Assembly (NCBI GenBank): GCA_965242925.1
Contig: CBDEUM010000033.1
Span: forward strand, 18,947 to 82,946
DNA length: 64,000 bases
Source: Roseibacillus sp.
GTDB lineage: Bacteria; Verrucomicrobiota; Verrucomicrobiia; Verrucomicrobiales; Akkermansiaceae
Direction: 5' to 3'
Both the position numbers and the translations under genes were made by a program. The notes under the pieces are model-generated. The model was not told the DNA's origin, ran no database searches, and was given only the letters and a program-made list of their open reading frames with translations. Below, in pieces: positions 44,099-56,400 of the stretch. Position 1 is the first letter of the stretch. Each line of letters opens with the position of its first letter.

Positions 44099-44145
44099 AG
44101 CGGACGGAGAGAACCCCACGCGGCGCATCATTTCAAGACATTCGG

Positions 44146-44883
44146 CTACCCGGCAGGCGGGACCAGCCGGATTCCCTCCGGATCAGACAAGGTGATCAGG
44201 TGCCCGGGGGTCTCCACCTTGAGTTCGGCATTTTCACCAAATCCCCGGATCCTTCCCCGCTCGCCGGAGGCAGTCTCCACCTCCCTGTCCTTCCACGCCA
44301 GAAGATCCCATGCGTGCTCTGCAATCAACGGCTCCTCCAGGTGAATAAGATTCATCAGCTTGTCCCGGATCGCCCCCATGAGGGGCTCGCGTCCGGTCTC
44401 CACTCCGAGGAGTTGAAACATCGACACCGCTTCAAGTTCCGGGGGAAACCCGCGTTCATTCACATTCAGCCCGATCCCGATCACGGCACAATCAGCGATC
44501 GTCTCGATCAGGATTCCGCAGATCTTGCGCCCTTCAACGAGCACATCGTTGGGCCACTTGATGAGAGGAGCCAGACCGCAGGGAAGCAACCCTCCTTCAC
44601 ACACGGCAAGGGCCGCTGCCAGGCTGAGCCAGCCCCAGTGTTCACGCTCCCACAGCGGGGAGAGCACCAGCGAGAAAGTCAGCCCCTTTCCCGGCTCACT
44701 AATCCAGCTCGCCCCCTTGCGACCCCGCCCTTCGGTCTGTTCCTCCGCTCCCACGATCCACCCGTGGGCCTGTGCCCCCTCCTCGCGGACAATTTCGCAG
44801 GCACGGTCATTGGTCGAACCAATCGAATCGTACCACTCGATGTGCCCCCCCATGAGCTCAAAGTTCTTCCGGTTGGCTGCCAT
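44146..44883 (-). CDS. birA: Biotin--[acetyl-CoA carboxylase] ligase (no HTH)
   Basis: STN, QT.GRGR, IKWPND, KICGIL.E, GIGLNV. Confidence 0.93.
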   Translation of the reverse strand: MAANRKNFELMGGHIEWYDSIGSTNDRACEIVREEGAQAHGWIVGAEEQTEGRGRKGASWISEPGKGLTFSLVLSPLWEREHWGWLSLAAALAVCEGGLLPCGLAPLIKWPNDVLVEGRKICGILIETIADCAVIGIGLNVNERGFPPELEAVSMFQLLGVETGREPLMGAIRDKLMNLIHLEEPLIAEHAWDLLAWKDREVETASGERGRIRGFGENAELKVETPGHLITLSDPEGIRLVPPAG

Positions 44884-44901
44884 CGGTCCTGGGAACCAGG
44901 G

Positions 44902-45762
44902 TTAGCCCCGCTCTTCAGATGAAACGAATTCGAGGGAAAGATCCAGAGCAGTGGCGGAGTGAGTCAGGGCTCCCACCGAGATGAGTTCCACTCCGGTTTC
45001 CGCAATGCCCCGGACGGTATCCAGGTTTATTCCTCCGCTGGCCTCCATAAGAGGGCGCTCGCGATCACCCCGCAATTCAACCGCCTTCTTCATCTGCTCG
45101 TTCTCCATGTTGTCGAGCAGGAGATAATCAACTTCCTCGATCTCCAGAAACACCTCCACCTGTTCCAGAGTCTCGGCCTCTACCTCCACTCCCACCCCGG
45201 GATGCGCTTCCTTCAGACGGAGCGCGGACTCACGCAACGCCTCCACCCCCCCTTCCACCACCAGGTGATTATCCTTCACCATGGCGCGGTCGTAGAGACC
45301 CATGCGGTGATTCTGCCCGCCCCCCGCCACCACCGCGGCCTTCTCCAGCGAGCGCCAGCCGGGGGTGGTCTTGCGGGTATCAATGATGGTAGCACCCGTC
45401 CCCTTGACCGCCTCCACAAAGAGGGCTGTCTTGGTGGCCACCCCTGAGAGGCGTTGCACGAAATTGAGCACGGTGCGTTCCGCGGTCAGCAGCGAGCGGG
45501 CATTCCCCGCGACCTCCATGACATAGGCCCCCGGCGCAATGGCGGATCCGTCCTGCAACATGACGTTGATCTCGATCCCGGCATCGATCCGCCTGAACAC
45601 TTCAGCCCCGAGGTCCACCCCGGCCACCACCCCGTCCGACTTGGCTACCAGAAAGGCCCGCCCCTCGCGATCAGCCGGCACGAAGTATTCCGATGTCACG
45701 TCCCCCGGACCGATATCCTCCGCCAAGGCCAGATCTATCAACTGCGAGACCCTGTCGTCCAC
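44902..45762 (-). CDS. nadC: Nicotinate-nucleotide diphosphorylase (carboxylating)
   Basis: ED...GDVT, DTRKTTPG, HRMGL, KDNH, LLDN, EASGG, SVGALTH. Confidence 0.97.
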   Translation of the reverse strand: MDDRVSQLIDLALAEDIGPGDVTSEYFVPADREGRAFLVAKSDGVVAGVDLGAEVFRRIDAGIEINVMLQDGSAIAPGAYVMEVAGNARSLLTAERTVLNFVQRLSGVATKTALFVEAVKGTGATIIDTRKTTPGWRSLEKAAVVAGGGQNHRMGLYDRAMVKDNHLVVEGGVEALRESALRLKEAHPGVGVEVEAETLEQVEVFLEIEEVDYLLLDNMENEQMKKAVELRGDRERPLMEASGGINLDTVRGIAETGVELISVGALTHSATALDLSLEFVSSEERG

Positions 45763-45876
45763 ACCACAGCCTAGTTCCGTTGCCTTCCCTCACGCAACCC
45801 GCAAGTTTCCTTCCTGTAGAGACAAGGGTCAGGAAGATCAGCCGGCATCTCCCGCCCAAATGCGGCCCCCTGCCTC

Positions 45877-46296
45877 TCACTGGCCCACCACGCTCACCAC
45901 GATCCGACGGGTGTGTCGGGCGCGACGGTGTTCAAAGAGGAAGATTCCCTGCCATGTTCCCAACGCCATCCGCCCCTCCACCACGGGGATCACCTCGCTG
46001 GTCCGTGTGAGGGCCATCCGGATGTGAGAAGGCATGTCGTCGGAACCTTCCATGGTGTGGACAAAGTAGGGCGTGTCCTCCGGCACCAACCGTTCGAAGA
46101 ATTCCTCCAGATCCCGCCGCGCACTGGGATCGGCATTTTCCATGATCACAAGGCTGGCGCTGGTGTGTTTCACGAACACCGTCACCGTGCCCCGCGAAAC
46201 ACCCGACCGGTGCACGATGGCCGCCACCTCATCGGTAATTTCGCAGGTCCCCTTCCCCTGGGTTTCCACCCTGAATTCCCCTGTTTCGGCAATCAC
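45877..46296 (-). CDS. yjbQ: YjbQ/UPF0047 family protein
   Basis: HTSASL...ENADP, H..EG.DDMP.H, LGTWQGI. Confidence 0.93.
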   Translation of the reverse strand: MIAETGEFRVETQGKGTCEITDEVAAIVHRSGVSRGTVTVFVKHTSASLVIMENADPSARRDLEEFFERLVPEDTPYFVHTMEGSDDMPSHIRMALTRTSEVIPVVEGRMALGTWQGIFLFEHRRARHTRRIVVSVVGQ

Positions 46297-46391
46297 ATGC
46301 TCAGCATGAATCCGTGGCCGGGCTTTTCAAGGGTCAACCCCGACTTCACCGGGTAACGCTCATGAATCCGGCACAACGGGAAAACGAAGCC

Positions 46392-48728
46392 TCACTCTTC
46401 CTTCTGCTCCTTCTGCTCCTTCTCTGCCTTCTTTTCCCTCTCTTCCTTCAATTGCTTCATCAGGTTCTTCTTCTCCTCCTTGTCCAGCGTGAAGGTGAGT
46501 TCCTCCGGTTTGGCGGGCCAGTCATTGTTGGTACGGTCGGCATCGGCAATCTCAAGATTGGGATCAAGTTCGATGCTCACCACCTTCTTTCTGGAAACCA
46601 GGAGCTTGGACACTTCCTTCGATTTCTTCTTCCAGAGTTCGGCGGGCAGGCGCATGAATTTTTCCTCTCCGTCTTCGTATTCCACCCTGAGGACCACCGG
46701 CATGACCAACCCTCCTTCGTTGCTCAGGTTGATGTGGTAAAAGTAGCGATTGGCCTCCAGAACTTCTCGTTCGTGATCTTCCAGTTTCTCAAGAAATTCC
46801 TGAAAATCGTCACGGTCCTTCCTGGTCACATCATCTTCATCATGCTCATTATAGAAATCGAGCAGATCCGGGAAGCGGTCAGTATATCTCTTGATTCCCG
46901 TGTTACGCTTGTTCGTCAGGAGCTTGGCGTCCTCCTTGTCCTCCTTCTCCTTCTTCTTCGGTTTTTCAATGTCCGGATCCCTTGTATCCAACTGGTAGAG
47001 CTTCACTCCCTTGATGCCCAGGTCAACGTGGTGCGTGGTGTAGAACCAGCCGGTCCAGAACCAGTCAAGATCCACGCCCGAGGCATCCTCCATCGTGCGG
47101 AAAAAGTCAGCGGGAGTGGGCCGCTTGAACTTCCACCGGTTGGCGTATTCCTTGAAGGCAAAGTCAAAATTCTCCCTCCCGAGGATCGATTCCCGCAGAA
47201 TGTTGAGAGCCACCGCCGGCTTGGCATAGGCGTTGCTCCCGAAGTAGCGGAGCGATTCTGAATTGGTCATGATGGGCATCTCGTCATCGCGCTTCATGTA
47301 ACTGGCGATGCTGGGGGGCATCCCCCTGCGCGAGGGATACTTCTCCTCCCACTCCCGCTCGGCCAGGAACTGGCAGAAAGTGGTCAACCCCTCGTCCATC
47401 CAGGTCCACTGCCGCTCATCCGAATTCACGATCATGGGAAACCAGTTGTGCCCCACCTCGTGGATGACCACCGAAATGAGGGCATACTTGGTCCGACGCG
47501 AGTAGGTGCCATCCTCCTCCGGACGGGGCCCATTGAAGCAGATCATGGGATACTCCATTCCGAAGACCGGTCCGTGCACGGAGATCGCCACCGGGTAGGG
47601 GTAATCAAAGGTGTGCTTGGAAAACACCTGCAGGGCGTGGATCACGGAGTGGGTGGAATACTTGCTCCAGAGCGGTTCCCCCTCATTGGGATAGACCGAC
47701 ATGGCCCAGACCCGCTCCTTCTTCTCGCCCACCTTCACGTGGGCGGCATCCCAGATGAACTTGCGGGAGGAGGCCCAGGCGAAATCGCGAACGTTCTCCG
47801 CCCGGAAAACCCAGGTCTTGTTCCCCCCGGCCTTCTCCTTCTCGTTCTTCCTCGCCTCCTCCGGAGTCACGATAAAGGCAGGTTCATCCCCGCCCTCTGC
47901 CCGCTGCAGGCGCTCCCGCTGGGCCACCGTGAGCACCTGCCCGGGATTCTGCAGCGTCCCGGTAGCCGCCACGATGTGATCCTCGGGAACGGTCAGGGCC
48001 ACTTCGTAATCACCGAACTCGAGGGCAAACTCCCCGCGCCCCAGGAACTGCTTATGCTGCCACCCGTTCACATCGGTAAAGGCCGCCACCCGGGGATACC
48101 ACTGCGCGATGGTGTAAATGTAGTTGTCATCCTCCTTGAAGTACTCGTAGCCACCCCGAGCCCGGATGGCCTTCGCATTGACAATGTTGTGCTCCCAGTC
48201 GATGGCCACCCCCACTGTCGCCCCCGCCGCTACTGATACCTGCACCCGCATCATGGTATCGACGATGGAATGGCTGAGTGGATTCCCGCTCTCATCGCGC
48301 ACGGACTTGATCCGATAGCCCCCTTCAAATCCCTCACGCGCCAACTCGTTGCGCAGGGTCCGGAAACCAACGTCTCCGAAGTCAGGTGCCTCCATGGCCT
48401 GGTGACCGAGGGCCTGCTGCTCGAAGCGATTCTGATCCAGTTGCACCCAGAGGTAAGTCAGGTCCATTGGCGAATTGTTGGTGTAGGTGATCGTCTCCGA
48501 CCCCTTGAGACGCTGGTTCTTGTCGTCGAGCACCACGTTGATCTTGTAGTCCGCGCGTTGCTGCCAGTATTCCGGACCTGGTGCTCCATTGGCAGCCCGC
48601 ACCTCATTGGGATCGGGCAGGGCCTCATCAAGTTGACGGAAGGGGTCCTTCTGATAGTGCCCCCCCGGATGGGCATAAGCCAACAGGGGGCAAATCAGGG
48701 TGAGGGCGATGGATAGCGTCATCTTCAT
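46392..48728 (-). CDS. Secreted M1 family metalloaminopeptidase
   Basis: GMEYPM, HEVGH...WMDEG, AY.KP and a signal peptide. The start could alternatively be 48758. Confidence 0.92.
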   Translation of the reverse strand: MKMTLSIALTLICPLLAYAHPGGHYQKDPFRQLDEALPDPNEVRAANGAPGPEYWQQRADYKINVVLDDKNQRLKGSETITYTNNSPMDLTYLWVQLDQNRFEQQALGHQAMEAPDFGDVGFRTLRNELAREGFEGGYRIKSVRDESGNPLSHSIVDTMMRVQVSVAAGATVGVAIDWEHNIVNAKAIRARGGYEYFKEDDNYIYTIAQWYPRVAAFTDVNGWQHKQFLGRGEFALEFGDYEVALTVPEDHIVAATGTLQNPGQVLTVAQRERLQRAEGGDEPAFIVTPEEARKNEKEKAGGNKTWVFRAENVRDFAWASSRKFIWDAAHVKVGEKKERVWAMSVYPNEGEPLWSKYSTHSVIHALQVFSKHTFDYPYPVAISVHGPVFGMEYPMICFNGPRPEEDGTYSRRTKYALISVVIHEVGHNWFPMIVNSDERQWTWMDEGLTTFCQFLAEREWEEKYPSRRGMPPSIASYMKRDDEMPIMTNSESLRYFGSNAYAKPAVALNILRESILGRENFDFAFKEYANRWKFKRPTPADFFRTMEDASGVDLDWFWTGWFYTTHHVDLGIKGVKLYQLDTRDPDIEKPKKKEKEDKEDAKLLTNKRNTGIKRYTDRFPDLLDFYNEHDEDDVTRKDRDDFQEFLEKLEDHEREVLEANRYFYHINLSNEGGLVMPVVLRVEYEDGEEKFMRLPAELWKKKSKEVSKLLVSRKKVVSIELDPNLEIADADRTNNDWPAKPEELTFTLDKEEKKNLMKQLKEEREKKAEKEQKEQKEE

Positions 48729-49043
48729 CACGGGATGATCATGATGATGAACATTCATTTTTCAATCGCTTTGCGGTTCCTGGCTCGCAATACCGGAAAT
48801 CCGCCAGCATCCCGCCGCGCTGGCCCCCTGCACCCTGCACTTGGACAATCACTTATGGCACAAGGCCGGGATGAAATTTCCGTCCAGCGCACCCCGATTG
48901 ATGAAAACTCTCCCCCAGACTGTATATCGGGGACAATCTCAACCGCAGGGCATCGGCCAGCCTGACCTAACCGCCTGGCCTGAGCACGCAACCTTCAAGC
49001 TGGCAACCACGGCATCACGGATTCCATGACCAGGAAGAGGCAG

Positions 49044-49853
49044 TTACTCGCCCCCCTCCTGCTGCTCCCCTATACGCTCTGAACCCGCATAAATATTGAA
49101 GCGCGGCGGGCGCAGGAAGCCCACCAGGGTTTGATTCGATTCCCGGGCAAACTCCACCGCCAGGGAGGAGGGAGCCGAGATCCCTGCCACAACGGGAATG
49201 CGACCTGCCAGCGCCTTCTGCATCAACTCGAACGAGAGACGTCCCGACATCAGGACAAAACTGTTCGAGAGATCGACGCTGTTCATGAGAGCCCAGCCCA
49301 GAGCCTTGTCCAGCGCGTTGTGCCGACCCACGTCTTCGCGCAGGACAAGGAGCCTCCCCTGCCGGTCGAAAATCGCCGAGGCGTGCAACCCGCCGGTTTC
49401 CTCAAAGGTTGCCTGGACTGCCCGCATCATGTTCGGCGCCTCCATCAGGGCCGACTCGGAAATGACCGGTCCCATGGCCACGGGTTCGTGAAGGGAGGTG
49501 ATGGCCTCGATGGTCGCCTTGCCACAGAGTCCGCAGGAGGACGCGCTGAAGAGATGGCGCGTCAAACGACCAAAGTCGACTTCCACCCCGTCGGCCAGGA
49601 AGACGAGAACATGATTCTCCTTCGCCTCGAGATCGATCCGGGCAATCTCTCCCTGCGAACTGATGATTCCCTCGGTCCAGAGGAATCCCGTTGCCAGCTC
49701 TGCATCATTTCCCGGAGTGCGCATCAGCACTGCCACCGGATGACCATCCACCACGAGCTGCAGAGGCTCCTCCAAGGCGACCCGGTCGGCCTCCTGGCCA
49801 TCGGGTTGCCCGATGCGGGTCACTCTCACCTCCTTGTCCCCACGCGTCGACAC
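49044..49853 (-). CDS. fdhD: Formate dehydrogenase accessory sulfurtransferase
   Basis: MRTPG, SSCGLCG, TGGLHA, EDVGRHNALDK, SAPSSLAV. The start is an estimate. Confidence 0.93.
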   Translation of the reverse strand: MSTRGDKEVRVTRIGQPDGQEADRVALEEPLQLVVDGHPVAVLMRTPGNDAELATGFLWTEGIISSQGEIARIDLEAKENHVLVFLADGVEVDFGRLTRHLFSASSCGLCGKATIEAITSLHEPVAMGPVISESALMEAPNMMRAVQATFEETGGLHASAIFDRQGRLLVLREDVGRHNALDKALGWALMNSVDLSNSFVLMSGRLSFELMQKALAGRIPVVAGISAPSSLAVEFARESNQTLVGFLRPPRFNIYAGSERIGEQQEGGE

Positions 49854-49958
49854 CGGGCGATCTTCGCCTCCACCTCCCGACTTGGCAAGTTTCCCTGCAT
49901 GACCTCGAATCTCTTCAAAGAGCAGCAGGGACCCGGGGAGCAAAGCACCGGCCGCCAG

Positions 49959-50813
49959 TCACCCTGCCGGGTTCACGCCCACCCGTTCCCAGGCCTTTCG
50001 CATCTCGCCCATTGCCACGATGCAGTCCTCCCACACCGGGGGCCAGGTGCTGATCCCGTAACCACTGGCCACTGGACCCAGTTCGGGCACCACCCAGAGC
50101 ACATTGTGGGGACGCGGTCCCTCCAGCCAGCAGGCAAACGCTGCTTCCACGAAGGGCAGATAGTCGAGGAACTCCCGGGTGAACCCTCCTTCGCTATCCG
50201 TCACAGGGATCTGACAGTGATGCCCGTTGAAGGGGCGGCAGTGCAGCAGGTTGCCGTGCTGCAGCAGTTCCGGACGATCAAGCAGTCGCCCGGCAAAGTC
50301 GGCGGGTCGCAGGTGCTTGATGATGGCGGGATGCGAGTGATCGACGTTCATGCGCAGGATTCTGCCAGTGGCCTGCCGGTATCCATCGGCGATGGCATAA
50401 GCCTTCTCCGGGGTCTCGGTGCAGGTGTCCCGGTGAACCTCCAGGTGGACATTGGCGTTCTGCCGCTCATCCTCTTCCATCAGGAGAATGGTCTTCTCGA
50501 TGGCCTCCTCGACCGGCGTATCGTGATCGCAGAGCTGCACATTGATGGTCGACGATCCACATTCCAGCTGGGTGCGAATCAAGTCCGCATATTCCGAGGG
50601 ATCGTTGGCATCGAAAAGCCCTGAGAACTCCAGCCCGTGTTGCTCCAGGAGGATGTGCAGTTCCGCGCTGCCACGATGATTGACCCCATCAAAGCCTGCC
50701 TCTTTCACTGCCCCCACCTTCTCTGCCAGGGACCACTCGTCCCCGGCGGAAGGATGCTCCACCAGGGTCCAGAGGTTGGCAATGAATCTGATCTCGGGGA
50801 CGGCATCACTCAT
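49959..50813 (-). CDS. Xylose-isomerase-like TIM barrel protein
   Basis: AGFDG, EVHR, DHSH, PELGP motifs. Confidence 0.75.
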   Translation of the reverse strand: MSDAVPEIRFIANLWTLVEHPSAGDEWSLAEKVGAVKEAGFDGVNHRGSAELHILLEQHGLEFSGLFDANDPSEYADLIRTQLECGSSTINVQLCDHDTPVEEAIEKTILLMEEDERQNANVHLEVHRDTCTETPEKAYAIADGYRQATGRILRMNVDHSHPAIIKHLRPADFAGRLLDRPELLQHGNLLHCRPFNGHHCQIPVTDSEGGFTREFLDYLPFVEAAFACWLEGPRPHNVLWVVPELGPVASGYGISTWPPVWEDCIVAMGEMRKAWERVGVNPAG

Positions 50814-51016
50814 GACATGAATAAAAGGTGGATTGAGCGGGCATGACCAACACTTCCGGTCGCATTTTTCCGAACCAACTGTTTCCAGCCCAGAACCCGC
50901 AAGGGGCGCACCCATGGGATCTGCCAGAATGACCGGGAGTAGTCGTCCTTGAGAAGAGCCCCCCCCGGGCGTAGTCTCATCCCATGTCCTGCTGGTGCCA
51001 TGGTTCACGATTCAGG

Positions 51017-53282
51017 ATGGCCATCGCTCCTGCATTGGCCCTGCTGGCCCTGAGCCCCGGTGGTAACGCCACAACCTACCGCAACTTCAAGCTCCCCTGC
51101 CTCGCTCCCCTTCTCAAACAGGTCGACCCGGAAGCCCCGGCCACCGTCAACCTCGCCTTTCTACACGGCCCCTGGCGTGCCCCGGTTCTCCGCGATGACA
51201 TTGGGGTGGTCAGTTTCCCCATCACCACCACCTCCAAGGAAGCCCAGCGCTGGTTCAACCAGGGAGTGGCCTGGATCCACGGTCAGGCCCATGGCGAGGC
51301 CGAGCGCTCTTTCCGGCAGGCCCTCCTCTCCGATCCCCGCAACCCCATGATCTTCTGGGGCCTCGCAGTCGCCAATGAACAGCGACCGGGCCGGGCCCGA
51401 CTCTTTGCCCACACTGCGCTGCGCCGGACCGGCAACTCCACCACTCCGCGCGAACGTCTCTGGATTCATGTCCTTGCCAACTTCTACAACCTCAAACGCG
51501 ACACCCCGGTCAAGGCTCCGCCACCTTCCTGATCAGACCGGGGAGCAGGATCTCGCGCGACATCGTCAGCGCATCCGCGACCTTGAGAACCTTGCCCTTG
51601 CCTATCCCCACGACGTGGAAGCAAAAGCCTTTCTCCTGCGCCAACTCGTCCTCGATCTCCACCGCTCCGGCATCGAACTCACCAGCCACCTGGCCGTTGA
51701 CCGCCTCGCGCACGAACTCACCACTCTCTCCCCCCGTCACCCCGGCGCTCACTACCGCGTATTCCTCTGGCTGCGCGAACAACCTGCCCAGGCCCGCGCG
51801 CACGCCAGATCCAGCGCCAGCACCGCCCCGGGTCTTGCTGATTCATGGCGCTTCGCGGCGGAAGGATGGCGGGCCGACGGCCGGCAACATGAGGCCATTG
51901 CCCTGTCCCAGTGTGCCCTCCGCGTCCACCACCGCGAGATGCGCAAGCACCTCCTCATGCCTCCGGCGGCAGAGAATCTCTCCTCAAATTACGCCGCCCT
52001 CGGCGACATGCTTGTTTCAATGGGCCGACTGCAGGAAGCGCTTGAGATTGCGGACGCTCTCCTCAGCCTGCCCCGCAGCCTGACCGTGGAAGGAATCAAC
52101 AGGACATCATCCGATCTCCTGCTCCTCGGCCGCCGTCTCCACGCGCAGGCCGCAATGCAGGCCGGAAAATCAGAACATGTCATCCATCTCTTCCGCAATG
52201 ATCCCCGGTTTGCATCAACACCCCGCTCTCCACAGGAAGCGGCCCAGGCCAACTACTGGACCGGTCTTGCTCTCTGCTCCCTTGAACGCCCGGATGAAGC
52301 CAGATCCATTGCGCTGTCCCTGGCAAAGATGGCCAGGCGCTACGAGGATGACCAGCGAATCGGAGCCTGGGCCGACGGATTGACCTACTTCCATGCCCTC
52401 AGCAGTCAGGAGGATCCCGGCGGGCCTCATTCCCCGCCCCATCTCCCTGCCGGCATCCATTCCGCGGCCTGGCAAAAACTGAAAAAGCCCGGGATCGCAC
52501 TCCAGGTGGCCCGCGATCATCTCGAACAGAACCCCCGTGGCCTCTTCGCCACCGCCCTCTACTGCTCCACCAGCTTTGAGAATGGAAACCGCGTTGCGGC
52601 CACCAGAGCCTTCGATCGCGCCTTCCGCCAGGACGTCCTGCGGGCCGACAAGGCCCACCGCAGTTTCCCCGCCCTCGACAAGGTCGCGACCACCCTTGGA
52701 CTCCCCACGCGCTGGACTCTGCCTCCTGGAAATCTGGAGGAGAGCAGTCTTCCCGAAGATCCTGACAGCCTGGGACCGGCGCAGTGGTCTCCTCCACCTG
52801 CTCCGGCCTGGACCCTCCCCAATCACACCGGACGCCCGGTGGCCCTCGCCGACTTCAAGGGCAGAGCGGTTCTCCTGAACTTCTTCCTCGGGGTCAGCTG
52901 TCCCTTCTGTCTCAGCCAACTCGAAACATTCCGCCCCGCTCTGGCGGATTACCGGAAGGCGGGTATCGAGATGGTCGCCATCAGCAGCGACGACGTGAAA
53001 ACCCTCACCCTGCGACTGGGGAAAACCGAGGAAAAGACGGTGGAAGCCCGCAAAACCTTCCCCTTCCCCATCCTCGCGGATCCCAGCCTTGAGGCCTTCA
53101 GGAACTACCACGTCTTTGACGACTTCGAAGAAGGCCCCATGCACGGCACCTTTCTCATCGGCCCGCAGGGCCGGATCCTGTGGAGCGACATCGGCCACGA
53201 ACCATTCAACCACGCTGGCAGACTCCTTGAAGAAGCCAGGCGCCTCCTTGCTGGTCCCTCCTCCGATCCGTCAATCCCGTGA
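51017..53282 (+). CDS. TPR-like protein fused to a C-terminal AhpC/redoxin domain (one +1 frameshift near 51525)
   Basis: FPITT....AQ.WFNQG...H....EAERSF and WGLA. C-terminal LADFKG, CPFC..QL, FP.LAD, HGTFLI. Confidence 0.82.
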
Positions 53283-53415
53283 TCCCTCATAGCGGTGATT
53301 TCCTCTCTGAAATCGCGACTTTGAACTCCCAGATTGTAACGCCACCCGGAAACAATGCGTCGTTCCACAGTATGAACCAGACCCTCAATCGGGTAACGCT
53401 GACACGTTTCATACA

Positions 53416-53444
53416 TTGAGTAGTGGCCTGTGAGCGCGTAATAT
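53416..53444 (+). promoter_or_regulatory. Sigma70-like promoter of the DUF1800 operon
   Basis: TTGAGT-17nt-TAATAT in an AT-richer intergenic stretch. Confidence 0.55.
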
Positions 53445-53450
53445 AGAACC

Positions 53451-56400
53451 GTGTTGGATTTTTCCCTGATGAAGATGCTTTCTCTCCTTCGTTTCCGGCA
53501 GAACATCGCCGTTCCCGCCGTCGCCGTGCTTCTTCCCGTCCAACTCTGGGGCCAGGCAGTGAATCTGGACTCCGATTCCGATGGCCTCATCGATTCATGG
53601 GAAATCCAACATTTCGGAGCGCTCAACCACCCGGATGGAGCCGCGAATCTCGATCCCGATGGAGACACCTGCACCAATCTCAAGGAAAGTCAGGACGGCA
53701 CCGATCCCAACGATCGGGTAGACTGCCTCACGTTCGCCAGGACAATCCTCAAGCCCGGAGAACTGTCCATCACCTGGGACACGAAGCCAGGCAAACGCTA
53801 CCAGATCGAACTCTCAGATGACCTGCAAACCTGGAAACCGGTCAGCAATGCCGCCGGCACCACCGCCCTCAACTGGTTCGGAACGGGTGGCCGACTCACG
53901 GTGGATTTCTCCGACCCCGACACTCCGGCAGTACGGGGCGGCGTCACCCGCGAGGTCTGGCACCACGGCGAGTCGAATGGATCAATCGGCGCCCTGCGCA
54001 GGCACCTCAGTCCAGGCCCCGACGCGGCGGAAACTCCCGCCGACGGGATCGAATGGCGCGACAGCCTGAAGGGACCGACCAACTACGGTGACAATTACGG
54101 AACCCGGTGGCGCGGGTTCATTGTTCCGAAGCGCACCGGAATTCATAACTTCTACATCGCGGGTCGGCACCAGTGCGAGTTCTGGCTCGATGCCAGCGGA
54201 AATCCCTCCGACGGCATTGGCCTGCAGCGACGCTGCTGGCTGCACAATCAGGATCTCACCGAGGAGGAAGACTGGGACTATCTCGCCTCCCTCGGCGTGA
54301 CCGACACGCAGAAATCCGCCGACCTCTGGCTCACGGCCGGTCAGCGCTATTATTTCGAAATCTACCACAATCACAACGCCCAGTGGGATCACCTCGCGGT
54401 GGGCTGGAAATTCGGCAGGAACGGGACCATCGCGGTGGTCCCCGGTGACTGTCTGGAACCGGTCGGCGATTTCGTGGAGAACGAGGATTACACTGACAAC
54501 AATGTCGCTGTCCTCCTCGCCCGCGGCAACCGCAAGTTCGTCCGAGTGAAGACCTTCGGGCCTCTGAGCGCCCAAGCCCTCGACGCCGATGGTGACCACG
54601 TGGCGGATGAAATTGAGAATGCTCTCGACGGCTACCAGTTCTTCCGGCCGCAGAGCGCCCGGGCGGACACTTCCGACGGCGAATCCCTCACCGCTTCCGG
54701 TCAGGCCTTCCCCCCGGCCGATGTCCTCACGGTGGACGTTACGGATGCCTACCGGCCTCGAGAACAACGGCACCATTGCGGGAGGCACTCCCCGTGTGAA
54801 AAACGTGGCCCGGGTTCTCCTCAAACGAAGCGGCTCCCTTGCCCCGAAGAATATCGTCTTCTTCCTCAACGGACCGGCTGATCCCCAGAGCAAGGGCGTG
54901 CCCGGCAACCGCGATTACGTGGTCGAACTGCCCGACGGCACCCGGTTGACCAGGGATCCCGACAACGGGGCTTACATGGCGGCCCTCCCCTTCGGGAGCA
55001 CGGAGGCGGTCATCGAACTGCGCCCTCTTCTCGATGAGATCGTGGAATACCCCGAGGAACTCAACCTCGTGCTCGACACCCCCGGGATCAATTACGTGGT
55101 GGGCACCCCCTCCCAGGGAACCGTCGACCTGGTGGACGCCCGCGACGACCCGGAATTCAACAAATACTACATCGGAAGTTTTGCCAAAGATCCCGCGGCC
55201 CGCATGCCCACCAGCGCAACCGGATCCACCCTCCTCGTCCTGAATGGCAGCAATACGGTTGCCATCATCAACGACTACTTTGAGAACCTCAGTTCAAACC
55301 AGACCAACACCCACATCCACAAGGCCTCCCTGGCGGGGATCACCTTCACCTCGGGACCAGTGGTGGAATCCATCACGGAGGACGGTAGCGAGAACGGCAC
55401 CCCGCTCATGGGTCCGGTCAGCAACTACACCTATCGCATCGAGCCGCGCGGAGCCTTCTCGGTGCAGGACATCATTGACTCACTGGAGTATGACAATCCC
55501 AAGCAGGAGGCCCCTGCAGGCACTACTCCACTCTACGACAACAAGCACACGGCCAACAACGGAGGGGGCGAGATCTGGGCCATTTACCAGCGGCGACCGG
55601 CTTCCGAACTCTCCCCGGAGGAAGGAGACAGGATTCCGGCCACTCCCCCCATTGAACCAATCAACCCCGTCACGGAAGCGGACAAGCTCCGGCGTGAGGT
55701 CACCCGCTTCCTGACCCAGGCCACCTTTGGCCCCACCGAGGCCGATATCGAGGAACTGCTTTACGAAGTGATTCAGACCCATGGCGGAGACCGCATGGCA
55801 GCCTACGACGCCTGGCTTACCGCCCAGTGGTCCCTGCCCCAGACATTGGTCCGCGATCTCACTCATGCCATGGACATGCAGGAATTCACGTGGCGCGGCT
55901 ACTTTGATTCCTCCCGTAACGGTGCGGCTGATCCCCCACCGGTATCACCTGCAAACTGGCCCAACTGGCCCTCCCAGGACATCTCCCGGTTCGACTCTCT
56001 CAATCCCCGCACCTGGCAGGCTCCCGACGCCAGCTTCCCCCTGACCGGCGCCCAGGAGAATGCCCTCGATAACATCCTGGGAACCCCGAACTACAACAAC
56101 CGGCGCCGGGCCCAGTGGACGATCATGGCCAACGCACGGGATCAACTGCGACAACGGGTGGGATTCGCCCTCTCCGAAATCACGGTCATCTCGGGAAATC
56201 TTGCCGAAATACGCAATCATCACATCGGCATGGCCCGGTGGGCCGACATGCTGGCCGAGAACGCCGACGACCACTTTCGCGAACTGATCGAGGATGTCAC
56301 CTACTCGCCTGTGATGGGCAAGTATCTCAGCCACCTCCAGAACAGCAGCGAGGGCTCGTCCGGAGTGCCGCCTGACGAGAACTACGCCCGCGAGATCATG

